Shown here: in pieces, positions 36,501-46,750 of the stretch
How the letters are laid out: every line of letters begins with the position of its first letter
Numbering within the stretch: position 1 is the stretch's first letter
NCBI GenBank assembly: GCA_963770745.1
Contig: CAVYRA010000004.1
Location: 383,667 to 447,666 of the forward strand
Source: an uncultured Rikenellaceae bacterium
GTDB lineage: Bacteria > Bacteroidota > Bacteroidia > Bacteroidales > VadinHA17
Length of the DNA: 64,000 bases
Direction: 5' to 3'
Program-made: the position numbers and the translations under genes
The notes under the pieces: model-generated
The model's database searches: none
Seen by the model: the letters and a program-made list of their open reading frames with translations, nothing else
What the model was told of the DNA's origin: nothing

Positions 36501-39500
36501 GAGAGCAGCAGAAGAGGTGTCAGGCGGCAGGCATGTCCCGGATATTATCACCCTGAACATATCCCCGCTCATCGTCCTGTGCGTGCCGTTCACCTTCAGG
36601 TTCATCGTTGAGACGCCGAAGTAGGTCGATGTCTCCGTCAGGTTGTTCCATGTCGTTCCGCCGTTAATGCTGCGCTGCCATCTGTATGTAGCACCGGTGG
36701 TGACGCCTGCATCGACGATGAAGTCGGCAATGGCATACTCACAGATGGTCACATCATCAGGCTGATCGGTTATCTCAGGCAGCTCATTGACTGTCAGGAA
36801 TGCCGGCAGCGAGGTGATGGATGACCCGCAGGTGCTGCTGACAACGGCACGGTAAGCAGTGTTGTTGTCGGCAGTGGCAGCCGCCGCAATGGTGTAAGTT
36901 GCGGTAGTGGCACCCGCCAGAGGTGTCCATGTCATTCCGCCGTCGCTGCTGATCTCCCACTGGTATGAAGGATTGGTAGTCAGACCGGCATTGACCGTAA
37001 AGACTGCCGGCTGTCCCTCACAGAGGGTAAGGCTGGCCGGATGCTGTGTTATCTCGGCCTGACGGGTGACGGTGAGTGTTACAGGTATTGATTCTATATA
37101 AGGTATACAACTACCTGATACCCTAACCATATACTGGTAACCCGACATCATCTCCAGAACACTCACCACCGTAAGAGTGGCGGTGTTGGCTCCCTGGTAG
37201 CGGGCCCCTGTTGCAGGTGTCCATCCGCTGCCGGAATTGACGTACCACTGGTACAAAGGATTGGTGGTGACACCCGCATTAACGGTGAAGATTGCATCCT
37301 CACCCGAGCAGAGGGTCACATCCACCGGCTGGGTGATGATCTCAGGCTTCTCACTGACGGTAAGGGTCACCGTTGCTGATGTGACCGGAACCGGACAGTC
37401 GCCTGAGATAACAGCCTGGTAACGGTTCCCGTTCATTGCGGAAACCGCAGTGAAAGTAAGAGTTGCTGCTGTCTCACCTGGCATCAGGGTCATACCTGAT
37501 CCTGTATCAACGTACCACTGGTAAAGCGGATTGGTGGTCAGGCCCGCATCGGTGACAAACGTTGCAACATCATCCTCGCAGACGGTCACATTGACCGGCT
37601 CAAGTACGATCTCCGGAACAACCTTGACATCAATGGTGGCCGAACCGGTAAGGTCAGCATGCGGAGCGGAAACAACGCATCCGTTGTTGTCCGTCACTGA
37701 TGATATGGTGTAGGTGGTCGTTACAAGCGGGTTAACTGTAATCGGGCTTCCGCTGAGGTAATTGACAACCGTAGTACCGTCGCTCAGCACAACCGTGAAG
37801 GGCGATTCACCCACGGTGACAGTTACTGTAAGGGTTGCGGCATCGCCCGGGCAGACAAATCCTGCACCGGCTATCGAAGCCACAGGCAGAGGATTGACTG
37901 TCACGATCACCGGGTTGCTGTACTCCGGTGCACATGCTGCCGAGTTGACGCGGCGACGGAAATGTGTCGTCTGCATTATGCCGGCAGGAGGATCGTATGA
38001 GGCTGTGGTTGCTCCCGGAACGTTGCTCCAGGTGGCGCCGCCGTCAAGGCTGCGCTCCCACTGCATCAGTATCACGGCCGGACCGCCGGCAGGTGCCGTC
38101 ACCTCATTTAACGGTAACGGATTGCCAAGATAACAGACCTCCTGGGTGCCGTCAATGGTACCCGGGGTGAGCTGCAGAGGCTGCGTGATGATGATGGAAG
38201 CCTGCGTGCTGCAGCCGTTGGCATCAACGACTCCTGCCGTGATGGTGCCGGCAGCAGCGCCGGTGAACGATAGCTGCGTCGCGGTGATAGTCACGGCGGC
38301 ACCGGTGTCGTCACTCACAACGCTCAGGATATAAGGCGAGGTGCCCCCTGAGACAGTGAATGAGCCGGTGGCAGTCGCGTCACCGAAACATGCAAGCACC
38401 ACATCCGGAGTCCTGCCAAGAGTCAGCACGGCCGGCTCAAGCAGAACAACGGTGGTGACTGATGTACAGTTGTTGGCATCGGTGACCGTGACGTTGTACG
38501 TCCCGGCAGCCAGGCCGCTGATATCCTGAACCGTCGAGGTAAATCCTGAAGGACCGGTCCATGCGTACACATATGGAAGCTCTCCTCCGCTGACCCCGAG
38601 GTCTATTGCACCGTCAGATGCACCGTTGCAGGTTATGTTGTAACCTCCGGCATAAACGACGGGAGTGGTGGTGAGCACAATCGGCGGATTGACCGTGATG
38701 GTCACCTGGTCAGAAGCGGTACAACCGTTCCTGTCAGTGATGGTCACAGTGTAGATTGTCGTAACCGCAGGCTTGGCCGTCGGACTGGCTACATTGGTGT
38801 AGTTGAGACCCGCGGCAGGCGACCAGAGATAGGTGTAGTCTCCCGAAAGGAAGAGCTCACCGCCGGCGCCGACAGCTGTAAGGTTTGCCACCGAAGTGGG
38901 GCATGCACCAATGATATAGTCATCAGCGCTGGCTGTCACCGTCAGCGGCGGAGCCACGTTGACCTGCACCTGTGCGGTGGTAGTACAACCGTTGGAATCG
39001 GTCACAAGAACGGTATAGAGCGTTGAGACTGCCGGCTTGGCCGTCGGATTGGCCCTGGTGGCATCATCAAGCGTGCCTGCATTGTCCCACAGGTATGTGT
39101 ACCCCCCTTCGCCGCCGCTGACAGTGGTACTCAGACGAGCAACGGATGTCGGGCAAGTGCCTATCGGGTCATCATCAACGGCTGCTGCGGCCACGAGTGG
39201 CGGTGCAATGTTGATGGTCACGTTTGCCGTGACTGTACAGCCGTTGGCATCGGTGACGGTTACCGTGTAGGTGGTGTTGACAGGCGGTTTTGCAACCGGA
39301 CTCTTGATTGCGGCATCATTGAGCGATGCAGCAGGAGCCCAGCTGTAAACATACGGCAGCTCACCTCCCGTGACATTCACGTCAAGGGTTGTGGTGGAAA
39401 CCGGACAGTCACCTATCAGGTAGTCCGTCGCCGTTGCATTGGCAGCAAGCGGAGGACGAACCTCAATGGTGATGGTATTTACAGCTGTACAGCCGTTGGC

Positions 39501-42233
39501 ATCAGTGACGGTGACAGTGTAGGTCGTCGTTGATGCCGGCTTGGCAACCGGGTTGGGAATATTGGTTGCACTCAGTCCTGCCGAGGGCGCCCAGCTCCAG
39601 AGATAACCTCCTCCGGCAAGCTCCTCACCGCCAAGGGCCGTGGCAGTAAGCTGCGCCACGGAGGTCGGACAGGTGCTGAGTATGTTGTCGTCGGCAATGG
39701 CCGATACTACCAGGTCAGGCTGAACGGTGATGGTTATTGCATCAGTGGCCTGGCAACCGTTGGCGTCAGTGACGGTGACAGTGTAGGTCGTCGTCACGGC
39801 CGGCTTGGCAACAGGATTGCTGACATTGGGGTTGTTGAGCCCGAGAACGGGCGACCAGCTGTAGGTATAACCCGGTTCGCCGCCGGTGACGGTAACACCC
39901 AGATTGGATCTTGAAGTCGGACAGGTGCCTATGATAAGATCATCAGCAGTGGCCGTGGCAACAAGGGCTGGAAGAACATTAACCGTGACAGTCGCCGTTG
40001 TGGTGCATCCGTTGTTGTCAGTCACCGTCACAGTATAGGTGGTTGTGACGGCCGGCTTGGCAACGGGATTCTTGATCAGAGGATCACTAAGGCCTGCCGC
40101 AGGCGCCCAGCTGTAGGTGTAACCTGGCTCGCCTCCCGTGACGATCACATCGAGGGTGCTCGTTGAGGTCGGACAGGTGCCTATGTTCGGGTCACTGGCT
40201 GTGGCTGTGGCTGAGAGCGCCGGTGCAACTGTTATTGTCAGTGAGGCCGTAGCTGTACATCCGTTGACATCAGTGACAAGCACCGTGTAGGAGGTTGTCA
40301 CTGCAGGCTTGGCAACAGGATTTGCAATGCCGGCGTTTGAAAGTCCGGTGGCGGGTGACCACAGGTAAGTATAACCCGGTTCGCCTCCTCCGGCAACAGC
40401 TGTGAGCTGTGCGTCGGACGACGGGCAGGTACCTATATTGTAATCGTCAGCCGAGACGGTGACATTCAGCACCGGGGCAACAACTATCGTCACACTGGCG
40501 GTGGTCTGACATCCATTTGCGTCAGTCACGGTGACTGTATAGGTTGTGGTGGCAGCCGGCTTGGCGGTCGGAGTCTTGCTGTTCGGATCACTCAGCCCTG
40601 CTACGGGTGACCACAGGTAGGTATACCCGGGTTCTCCGCCGCTGGCAGTGACATCGAGATGTGATACAGATGTCGGACAGGTGCCTATCGTCAGGTCATC
40701 AGCCGTAGCAATTGCAGTAAGATCAGGTGCCACTGTGATGGTCACGGCAGCCGTGGCCGTACAGCCGTTGTTGTCTGTTACCGTGACGGTGTAGGTGGTG
40801 GTGACAAGAGGCTTGGCAAGAGGCGACTGCAGGGCAGGATTGTCAAGTCCTGCTGCGGGCAGCCAGCTGTAGGTGTAACCCGGCTCTCCCCCGATAGCTA
40901 CGGCATTGAGTGTGCTCGTCGAGGTCGGACAGGTGCCTATCAGCAGGTCGGTGGCCGAAGCAGTTACAGTCAGTGCGGGAACAACCGTAATGGTGATGTC
41001 CCTTGAGATGGTACAGCCGTTCTGGTCTGTCACAGTCAGGGTATAGGTCGTCGTTGCCACCGGCTTGGCTGTCGGGTTGGGATCAATGGCGCTGCTTAGT
41101 CCTGCTGCGGGTGTCCAGAGGTAGGTGTACCCCGGTTCGCCGCCGCCGGCAGTGGAGGTGATATGTGCCTCCGAGGTCGGGCAGGTGCCTATCGAGCTGT
41201 CATCAACAGCCAGCGTGAGCGTCAGGGCAGGCCTGACGGTGATGGTGATTACATCCGTGGCCTGGCATCCGTTGGCGTCTGTCACGGTGACGGTATAGGT
41301 CGTGGTGACGGCCGGCTTGGCTGTCGGGGTCTGGATGTTGCTGTCATCAAGTCCTGTCAGCGGTGTCCACTTGTAGGTGTAACCGGCCTCGCCGCCGACG
41401 ACTGTCGCATTAAGGTGCGAGACGGAGGTGGGGCAGGTGCCAATGAACAGGTCATCAGCGCTGGCAGTGACAGTGAGGGCAGGAGCGACGTTGACAACAA
41501 TGGTTGTCTGGTCGGTGCAGCCGTTGGCATCGGTCACAGTCACAGTGTACGTGGTGGTGACTGCCGGCTTGGCTGTCGGGTTAGCCCTCGCGGGATCATC
41601 AAGCGTAGCCGCGTTGTCCCACAGGTATGTATACCCTCCTTCACCGCCGGTGGCCGTGGCGCTGAGGTGAGCAACCGAAGAGGGACAGAGTCCTATCAGG
41701 TTGTCATCAACGGTAGCGGTCACATCAAGCGCGGGAGCGACATTGATTGTCACGTTTGCGGTTGCGGTGCATCCGTTGGCGTCGGTGACAGTCACGGTGT
41801 AGGTAGTCGTGGCTGCCGGTTTAGCAACGGGATTCTGAATGTTTGCAGGCGTCAGTCCGGCAACGGGCAGCCAGCTGAAGCTGTAGGGAGCTTCGCCGCC
41901 GTTGACGTTGACGTTCAGCTGTGCCACCGAAGTGGGACAGGTACCTATAAGATTGTCGTCAGCAAATGCCACAGCCGTAAGAACGGGAGCCACATTGACG
42001 GTGACAGAGCTTGTTTTGATACAGCCGTTGGCGTCGGTGACGGTGACTGTGTAGGTTGTCGTTGAGGCAGGAGTTGCAACCGGATTGGCAATATTGGCTG
42101 CACTGAGGCCTGCTGAAGGCGACCAGCTGTAGAGATACCCGCCGGCTGGCATAACGCCGCCCGAAACGACCGTATTAAGCTGTGCGTTCGAGCAGGTGCC
42201 GATGAGGTTGTCATTTGCCGATGGCGGTGACAA
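33522..42233 (-). CDS. giant SprB-like adhesin, C-terminal 2903-aa frame segment with T9SS type B sorting domain
   Basis: ORF. About 17 tandem ~93-aa modules (DDNLIGTCPTS...GGEPGYTYxW...TTTYTVTVTDANGC). SprB-type repeats (CNGASDGAIDLGVSGGELPYVYAWTG...AGTYNVTVTDANNC). About 10 Ig-like modules (YQWY/YQWQ...C), then PKD-like modules. C-terminus FNRWGTLIFE...WNGYYKGKLCQQGVYVWLVEG...GDITLLH resembles the gliding-motility C-terminal domain. Confidence 0.85.
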   Translation of the reverse strand: MSPPSANDNLIGTCSNAQLNTVVSGGVMPAGGYLYSWSPSAGLSAANIANPVATPASTTTYTVTVTDANGCIKTSSVTVNVAPVLTAVAFADDNLIGTCPTSVAQLNVNVNGGEAPYSFSWLPVAGLTPANIQNPVAKPAATTTYTVTVTDANGCTATANVTINVAPALDVTATVDDNLIGLCPSSVAHLSATATGGEGGYTYLWDNAATLDDPARANPTAKPAVTTTYTVTVTDANGCTDQTTIVVNVAPALTVTASADDLFIGTCPTSVSHLNATVVGGEAGYTYKWTPLTGLDDSNIQTPTAKPAVTTTYTVTVTDANGCQATDVITITVRPALTLTLAVDDSSIGTCPTSEAHITSTAGGGEPGYTYLWTPAAGLSSAIDPNPTAKPVATTTYTLTVTDQNGCTISRDITITVVPALTVTASATDLLIGTCPTSTSTLNAVAIGGEPGYTYSWLPAAGLDNPALQSPLAKPLVTTTYTVTVTDNNGCTATAAVTITVAPDLTAIATADDLTIGTCPTSVSHLDVTASGGEPGYTYLWSPVAGLSDPNSKTPTAKPAATTTYTVTVTDANGCQTTASVTIVVAPVLNVTVSADDYNIGTCPSSDAQLTAVAGGGEPGYTYLWSPATGLSNAGIANPVAKPAVTTSYTVLVTDVNGCTATASLTITVAPALSATATASDPNIGTCPTSTSTLDVIVTGGEPGYTYSWAPAAGLSDPLIKNPVAKPAVTTTYTVTVTDNNGCTTTATVTVNVLPALVATATADDLIIGTCPTSRSNLGVTVTGGEPGYTYSWSPVLGLNNPNVSNPVAKPAVTTTYTVTVTDANGCQATDAITITVQPDLVVSAIADDNILSTCPTSVAQLTATALGGEELAGGGYLWSWAPSAGLSATNIPNPVAKPASTTTYTVTVTDANGCTAVNTITIEVRPPLAANATATDYLIGDCPVSTTTLDVNVTGGELPYVYSWAPAASLNDAAIKSPVAKPPVNTTYTVTVTDANGCTVTANVTINIAPPLVAAAAVDDDPIGTCPTSVARLSTTVSGGEGGYTYLWDNAGTLDDATRANPTAKPAVSTLYTVLVTDSNGCTTTAQVQVNVAPPLTVTASADDYIIGACPTSVANLTAVGAGGELFLSGDYTYLWSPAAGLNYTNVASPTAKPAVTTIYTVTITDRNGCTASDQVTITVNPPIVLTTTPVVYAGGYNITCNGASDGAIDLGVSGGELPYVYAWTGPSGFTSTVQDISGLAAGTYNVTVTDANNCTSVTTVVLLEPAVLTLGRTPDVVLACFGDATATGSFTVSGGTSPYILSVVSDDTGAAVTITATQLSFTGAAAGTITAGVVDANGCSTQASIIITQPLQLTPGTIDGTQEVCYLGNPLPLNEVTAPAGGPAVILMQWERSLDGGATWSNVPGATTASYDPPAGIMQTTHFRRRVNSAACAPEYSNPVIVTVNPLPVASIAGAGFVCPGDAATLTVTVTVGESPFTVVLSDGTTVVNYLSGSPITVNPLVTTTYTISSVTDNNGCVVSAPHADLTGSATIDVKVVPEIVLEPVNVTVCEDDVATFVTDAGLTTNPLYQWYVDTGSGMTLMPGETAATLTFTAVSAMNGNRYQAVISGDCPVPVTSATVTLTVSEKPEIITQPVDVTLCSGEDAIFTVNAGVTTNPLYQWYVNSGSGWTPATGARYQGANTATLTVVSVLEMMSGYQYMVRVSGSCIPYIESIPVTLTVTRQAEITQHPASLTLCEGQPAVFTVNAGLTTNPSYQWEISSDGGMTWTPLAGATTATYTIAAAATADNNTAYRAVVSSTCGSSITSLPAFLTVNELPEITDQPDDVTICEYAIADFIVDAGVTTGATYRWQRSINGGTTWNNLTETSTYFGVSTMNLKVNGTHRTMSGDMFRVIISGTCLPPDTSSAALLTVNTAPEILAQPVASSICENTNTSFTVVAQGTAITYQWFVDTGSGFTALSNGGVYGGATSNTLTLTNVPRTYDNYRYRVEVTGTCVPKAISQTVQLDVSIETIINTHPASAAICEFMTASFTALADGANLSYQWQTFDGTNWINMTNTGLYLGVQSPTLMVFGPQRTMDGTRYRVVISGDCSADLISNEAVLTVYTAPEISDHPDEFRGCPAGSATFSVVATGTSITYQWQVNSGAGFVNVTDNATYSGTATPNLTINNLNLSMNGYLVRVVVSGTCLPPVTSSFAPLRVYMEPSIITQPADAEVCDQTGATFFSQVFNTGAGETTVWQVNEGSGWNTLSDGALYQGTQTPQLVVMSATTAMNGWLFRLEITGPCGLYYTREALLTVNAWPTAQIAPVDTLLVCGGVPTQLHGNPAGGSLVYTNHRWFGDIGPLSQFNIENPVFNTSMAGYYRLTYQVTDSKGCTGLDTLVIEVEKPVAMFTVDNTSGCQPLTVSFTNGSAGYVSVLWNFGDSQTSTVISPTHAYPNLGSALAFYTVRLEVTSANGCVSSMENNITVFPEILSDFIMSDDTICSGENVTFSTVPTALNYYWTYGDGNVATGSNVVNHIYYNATTAPVTYNVTLRTESFFGCISETTVPLVVYPKPVPAFVAAPASQIFPAATVTFTNNTNPGTWNWLWNFADGNTSPAESPVHTYAAPGDYNVNLTVSNGVCTEMVTQTVRVLPTPPIAAFDSIPSGCNPWSISPNNTSLYATTYYWDFGDGYTSNAANPTYTYVQPGTYQITLYVTGPGGNASRSRIVNVYPSPRAYFDVSPPKVYVNDEQVRMFNLSDGGSSFIWEFGDGDTSHVRDPFHRYTTEGIYDITLHAYSANGCYDTYIKSPGVTVEPFGDLVFATVFKPSPDGPIEIDELPNSGEEMDMFFFPPIRETVLEYHMQIFNRWGTLIFETFDINRPWNGYYKGKLCQQGVYVWLVEGKYANGRPFKKAGDITLLH

Positions 42234-45200
42234 CCAGCGCCGTCGGCTGCGTCAGTGTCCAGGAGCCTGTTGTCTGACAGCCGTTGGCGTCGGTGACGGT
42301 GACGTCATATGTTCCTGCAGTCAGTCCGCTCTGGTTCTGGGCGCCCGGTGTCAGCCCGCTGCCACCGCCCGAAGCGGTCCATGCATACAGGTAAGGCGGT
42401 GTGCCTCCGTTGACGGTAGTTATAATCATACCGTTGTTACCACCGAAACAAAGAATGTTGGTGGTGACGGCAGAGAGGTTCAGGGCGGGCGGCTGAGTAA
42501 CATTGATTGTAGATTCTGCCGTACAGCCGTTTGCATCTGTAACCCTGACCGTTATGGTTCCTGCTCCGGCATTGGTTACTGTAACCGAAGCCGGGCCGTA
42601 GGTCAGTGTTGCTCCCGAATTGTTGAATACTTCCGTAAACCCATACGGCAATGTGCCTCCGGCAGCCGTGAAACTTCCGGCACCGGTTGTTGCACCGTTG
42701 CATTGCAGCGCAATATCTCCCGATTTCGAGAGTGTGAGCACCGCCGGTTGCGTCAGGGTAGTGTTACCGGAAGCGGTACATCCCTTGCTGTCGGTAACCG
42801 TTACGGCGTAATAGCCGGCCTGCAATCCTGAGATATCCTCAGTGCCTGCCGTGAAGCCGCCAGGACCGGTCCATGCAAAGCTGAACGGTGCCGTCCCTGC
42901 AGCAACCGTAAGATTGATCACCCCGCTGTTGTCTCCGAAGCACGAGAGATTTGTTCCCGAAAGAGTAAGCACCAGCGCTGGATTTATCGTAATGACGGCG
43001 GCTCCGAGGGGTGTCCCCACACAGCCGTTGTTGTCATTCATTGAGGTAACGGTGTAGGTTGTGGGTACTGCCGGTGAGACCGTGGCAGTATAGACCATGG
43101 CTGCATGATTCGTAACCGTCACGGGGGTGATGCCGTCAGTATAAATAAAGGTATATGGCATTGCCCCTGTAAGTGAAATGGTCAGCACGGCCGAGCCTCC
43201 TGCACACATTTCCGTTGTCCCGCTGATAGTCGCCGTGGGGACGGGGAAATGGGTAACTATGGCATTGCCGATACCGGGCCCTGTACAGTTATTTGCGTCA
43301 GTGACACTGACGATTGTATAGTTTCCTGACAGGTTTGCATTAAGTGTATATGGAGAGGCAGCAATATTTAGAGGTGCCTGTGAGACTCCGTTGATTGCAT
43401 ATACAACTGTCCAGGGCGCCAGACCTGTAAGCGAAATATTCAATGGCTGTGTCCCCTCAACGCAAATCGTGCCGCTGTTGCTGATTACCGCTGAAGGCAA
43501 CGGTAACACACTTACTGAAAGCGGAGTATGATCCGTAATACATCCTGCAGCATTGGTCTCTCTGACAAGAATGTTTCCGCTGACGGTACCGAATGTCACT
43601 GTTACTGAGGCTCCGGATGGATTACCAATGATGGCAGCGCCCGTTGGCACGGTCCAGAAATATGTTGACCCAACACTATTCGGAACGCTGTAAACTGCGG
43701 TTTCGAGCGCACATACGGAATTATCACCTGTTATCGGAGAAACGGGTGAAGGAGCCATTACGGTAACAGGGAATGTACCGGCAACGCCTGAGCATCCGTA
43801 ACTGTTTGTCTCAGAGACGGTAATTATGCCTGCGCCTGCCACAGCTGCGGCATTTATTATAATGGCATTGGAGTTAAAGTCCAGCACTTTGATACCGACA
43901 GATGCAGGAACAGTCCAGGTGTAAGATGAACCGGGAGTGAGGGGGACAGTGTAAACTATATTCGTCTCTCCCACACACAGTTTGTCTCTGCCTGAAATAA
44001 CCGGTACAGGAGGTTCCGGATTGACATTTACAACAACACTCTGGGTGTAGCTGCATCCGTTTGCCGTTAAGGTATATACATAAGTGACTGCGATAGGATT
44101 CGGGGTACTGTTATTCAGGACTTCATTCGGATTGTCATTTCCCGAAGTTGGCCCTGCGGGGGTGATGCCTGCCACTGCTGCCCGCGTCCAGCTGAAAGTC
44201 GCACCCGCTGTGGCGCTGGTCGGTGTGTAACTGAACGCCGTGCTGCTGCAGATTGGCAATGGCGTCAGCGAGCTTGAGAGAATGGGGGTGGGATTGACCA
44301 CTACAATGACATTCTGACTGCTTGTACATCCTGCTGCGCTGAGTAAATAGGTATAGGTGACAGCCAACGGAACTGAAGTGAGGTTGGTCAGTGTCTCATT
44401 TGGATTATCTGTTCCCGTTGTAGGTCCGGCCGGAGTAATTCCTACAACATTCGCACGCGTCCAGCTGAACGTCACACCCGCTGTGGCGCTCGTCGGTGTG
44501 TAGCTGAATACAGTGCCGCTGCAGATGGCCGGGGGTGTAAGGGTGCTCGAAAGCACAGGCCCGGGATTGACAATTAGTACAACGTCCTGTGTAATTGTGC
44601 ATCCGAGAGCCGATATAGTGTATGCATATGTAACAGTTATGGGCGCTGATGTTGTGTTTGTGAGCGTCTCCATCGGATTATTCGTGCCTGAAACAGGACC
44701 CGCAGGTAATATACCCGGAATGTTGGCCCTTGTCCAGTTGAACGTTGTTCCGACAGTCGCGCTCGTAGGCGTATAGTTAAAAACATTGCCGCTACAGATA
44801 TCCGGGGGCGTAAGTGAACTTGACAGAACTGGTCCGGGATTTACGGTAACAGTAACATTCTGTGTGTTGGTACAGCCATTGGCCGTCAGAGTATATATAT
44901 AGGTAACAATGATAGGCGCTGCCGTCGTATTGGTCAGTGTTTCATTCGGATTGTCGTTGCCCGAGGTCGGTCCGACAGGTGTAATACCTGCTACCGTCGC
45001 CCGCGTCCAGCTGAAGGTAGTTCCCCCAGTGGCACTCGTCGGCGTGTAGCTGAACGCCGTGCCGCTGCAGATCGCAGGCGGCGTAAGGCTGCTCGATAGT
45101 GTCGGTCGCGGGTTGACCGTAACCGTTACGTTCTGCGTGTTGGTACAGCCATTGGCCGTCAGAGTATATACATAGGTCACTACGATCGGCGCTGCCGTCG

Positions 45201-46490
45201 TATTGGTCAGTGTTTCGTTCGGATTATCGTTACCCGAGGTCGGACCGACAGGTGTAATACCTGCTACCGTCGCCCGCGTCCAGCTGAAGGTAGTTCCCCC
45301 GGTGGCACTCGTCGGCGTGTAGCTGAACGCCGTGCCGCTGCAGATCGCAGGCGGCGTAAGGCTGCTCGATAGTGTCGGTCGCGGGTTGACCGTAACCGTT
45401 ACGTTCTGCGTATTGGTACAGCCATTGGCCGTCAGTGTATATACATAGGTCACTACGATCGGCGCTGCCGTCGTATTGGTAAGTGTTTCATTCGGATTAC
45501 CGTTACCCGAGGTCGGACCGACAGGTGTAATACCTGCTACCGTCGCCCGCGTCCAGCTGAAGGTAGTTCCCCCGGTGGCACTCGTCGGCGTGTAGCTGAA
45601 CGCCGTGCCGCTGCAGATCGCAGGCGGCGTCAGGCTGCTCGATAGTGTCGGTCGCGGGTTGACCGTGACCGTTACGTTCTGCGTGTTGGTACAGCCATTG
45701 GCCGTCAGAGTATATACATAGGTCACTACGATCGGCGCTGCCGTCGTATTGGTCAGTGTTTCATTCGGATTGTCGTTACCCGAGGTCGGTCCGACAGGTG
45801 TAATACCTGCTACCGTCGCCCGCGTCCAGCTGAAGGTAGTTCCCCCGGTGGCACTCGTCGGCGTGTAGCTGAACGCCGTGCCGCTGCAGATCGCAGGCGG
45901 CGTAAGGCTGCTCGATAGTGTCGGTCGCGGGTTGACCGTAACCGTTACGTTCTGCGTGTTGGTACAGCCATTGGCCGTCAGAGTATATACATAGGTAACT
46001 ATGATCGGCGCTGCCGTCGTATTGGTAAGTGTTTCATTCGGATTACCGTTGCCCGAGGTCGGACCGACAGGTGTAATACCTGCTACCGTCGCCCGCGTCC
46101 AGCTGAAGGTAGTTCCCCCGGTGGCACTCGTCGGCGTGTAGCTGAACGCCGTGCCGCTGCAGATCGCAGGCGGCGTAAGGCTGCTCGATAGTGTCGGTCG
46201 CGGGTTGACCGTAACCGTTACGTTCTGCGTATTGGTACAGCCATTGGCCGTCAGAGTATATACATAGGTAACTACGATCGGCGCTGCCGTCGTATTCGTC
46301 AGTGTCTCATTCGGATTGTCGTTACCCGAGGTCGGACCGACAGGTGTAATACCTGCTACCGTCGCCCGCGTCCAGCTGAAGGTAGTTCCCCCGGTGGCAC
46401 TCGTCGGAGTGTAGCTGAACGCCGTGCCGCTGCAGATCGCAGGAGGCGTCAGGCTGCTCGATAGTGTCGGTCGCGGGTTGACCGTGACCG
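42211..46490 (-). CDS. giant adhesin, middle frame segment (continues into 33522..42233 after a 1-nt frame change at ~42215-42230)
   Basis: ORF 42211..45726, with the same frame open upstream to ~46490. The end ...TALVVTAIGK* versus the next frame SANDNLIGTC shows module continuity across the frame change. Contains the 273-bp repeats and SprB-type repeats. Confidence 0.75.
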
Positions 46491-46750
46491 GTTACGTTCT
46501 GCGTGTTGGTACAGCCATTGGCCGTAAGTGTATAAACATAGGTCACAACGATCGGCGCTGCCGTCGTATTGGTCAGTGTTTCATTCGGATTACCGTTGCC
46601 CGAGGTGGGTCCGACAGGTGTAATACCGGCTACCGTCGCCCGCGTCCAGCTGAAGGTAGTTCCCACAGTGGCGCTCGTAGGCGTGTAACTGAACGCCGTG
46701 CCGCTGCAGATCGCAGGAGGCGTCAGACTGCTCGAAAGCGACGGACTCGG
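44020..46750 (-). repeat. 273-bp (91-aa) coding tandem repeat x10, the seven upstream copies near-identical
   Basis: Unit boundaries (GTTGACCGT or variants) at 44020, 44293, 44566, 44839, 45112, 45385, 45658, 45931, 46204 and 46477, an exact 273-nt period. Copies from 44839 upward differ by only a few bases. Confidence 0.9.

Noticed and set aside
44020-46750. Regularly spaced repeats considered as a possible CRISPR array (also 33244-33500 and the heptamer arrays at 10.9-13.4 kb).
   Set aside because: The units are contiguous with no unique spacers. The 273-bp units are in-frame coding modules, the 73-bp units are degenerate, and the heptamers are microsatellite-like. No cas genes were recognised.
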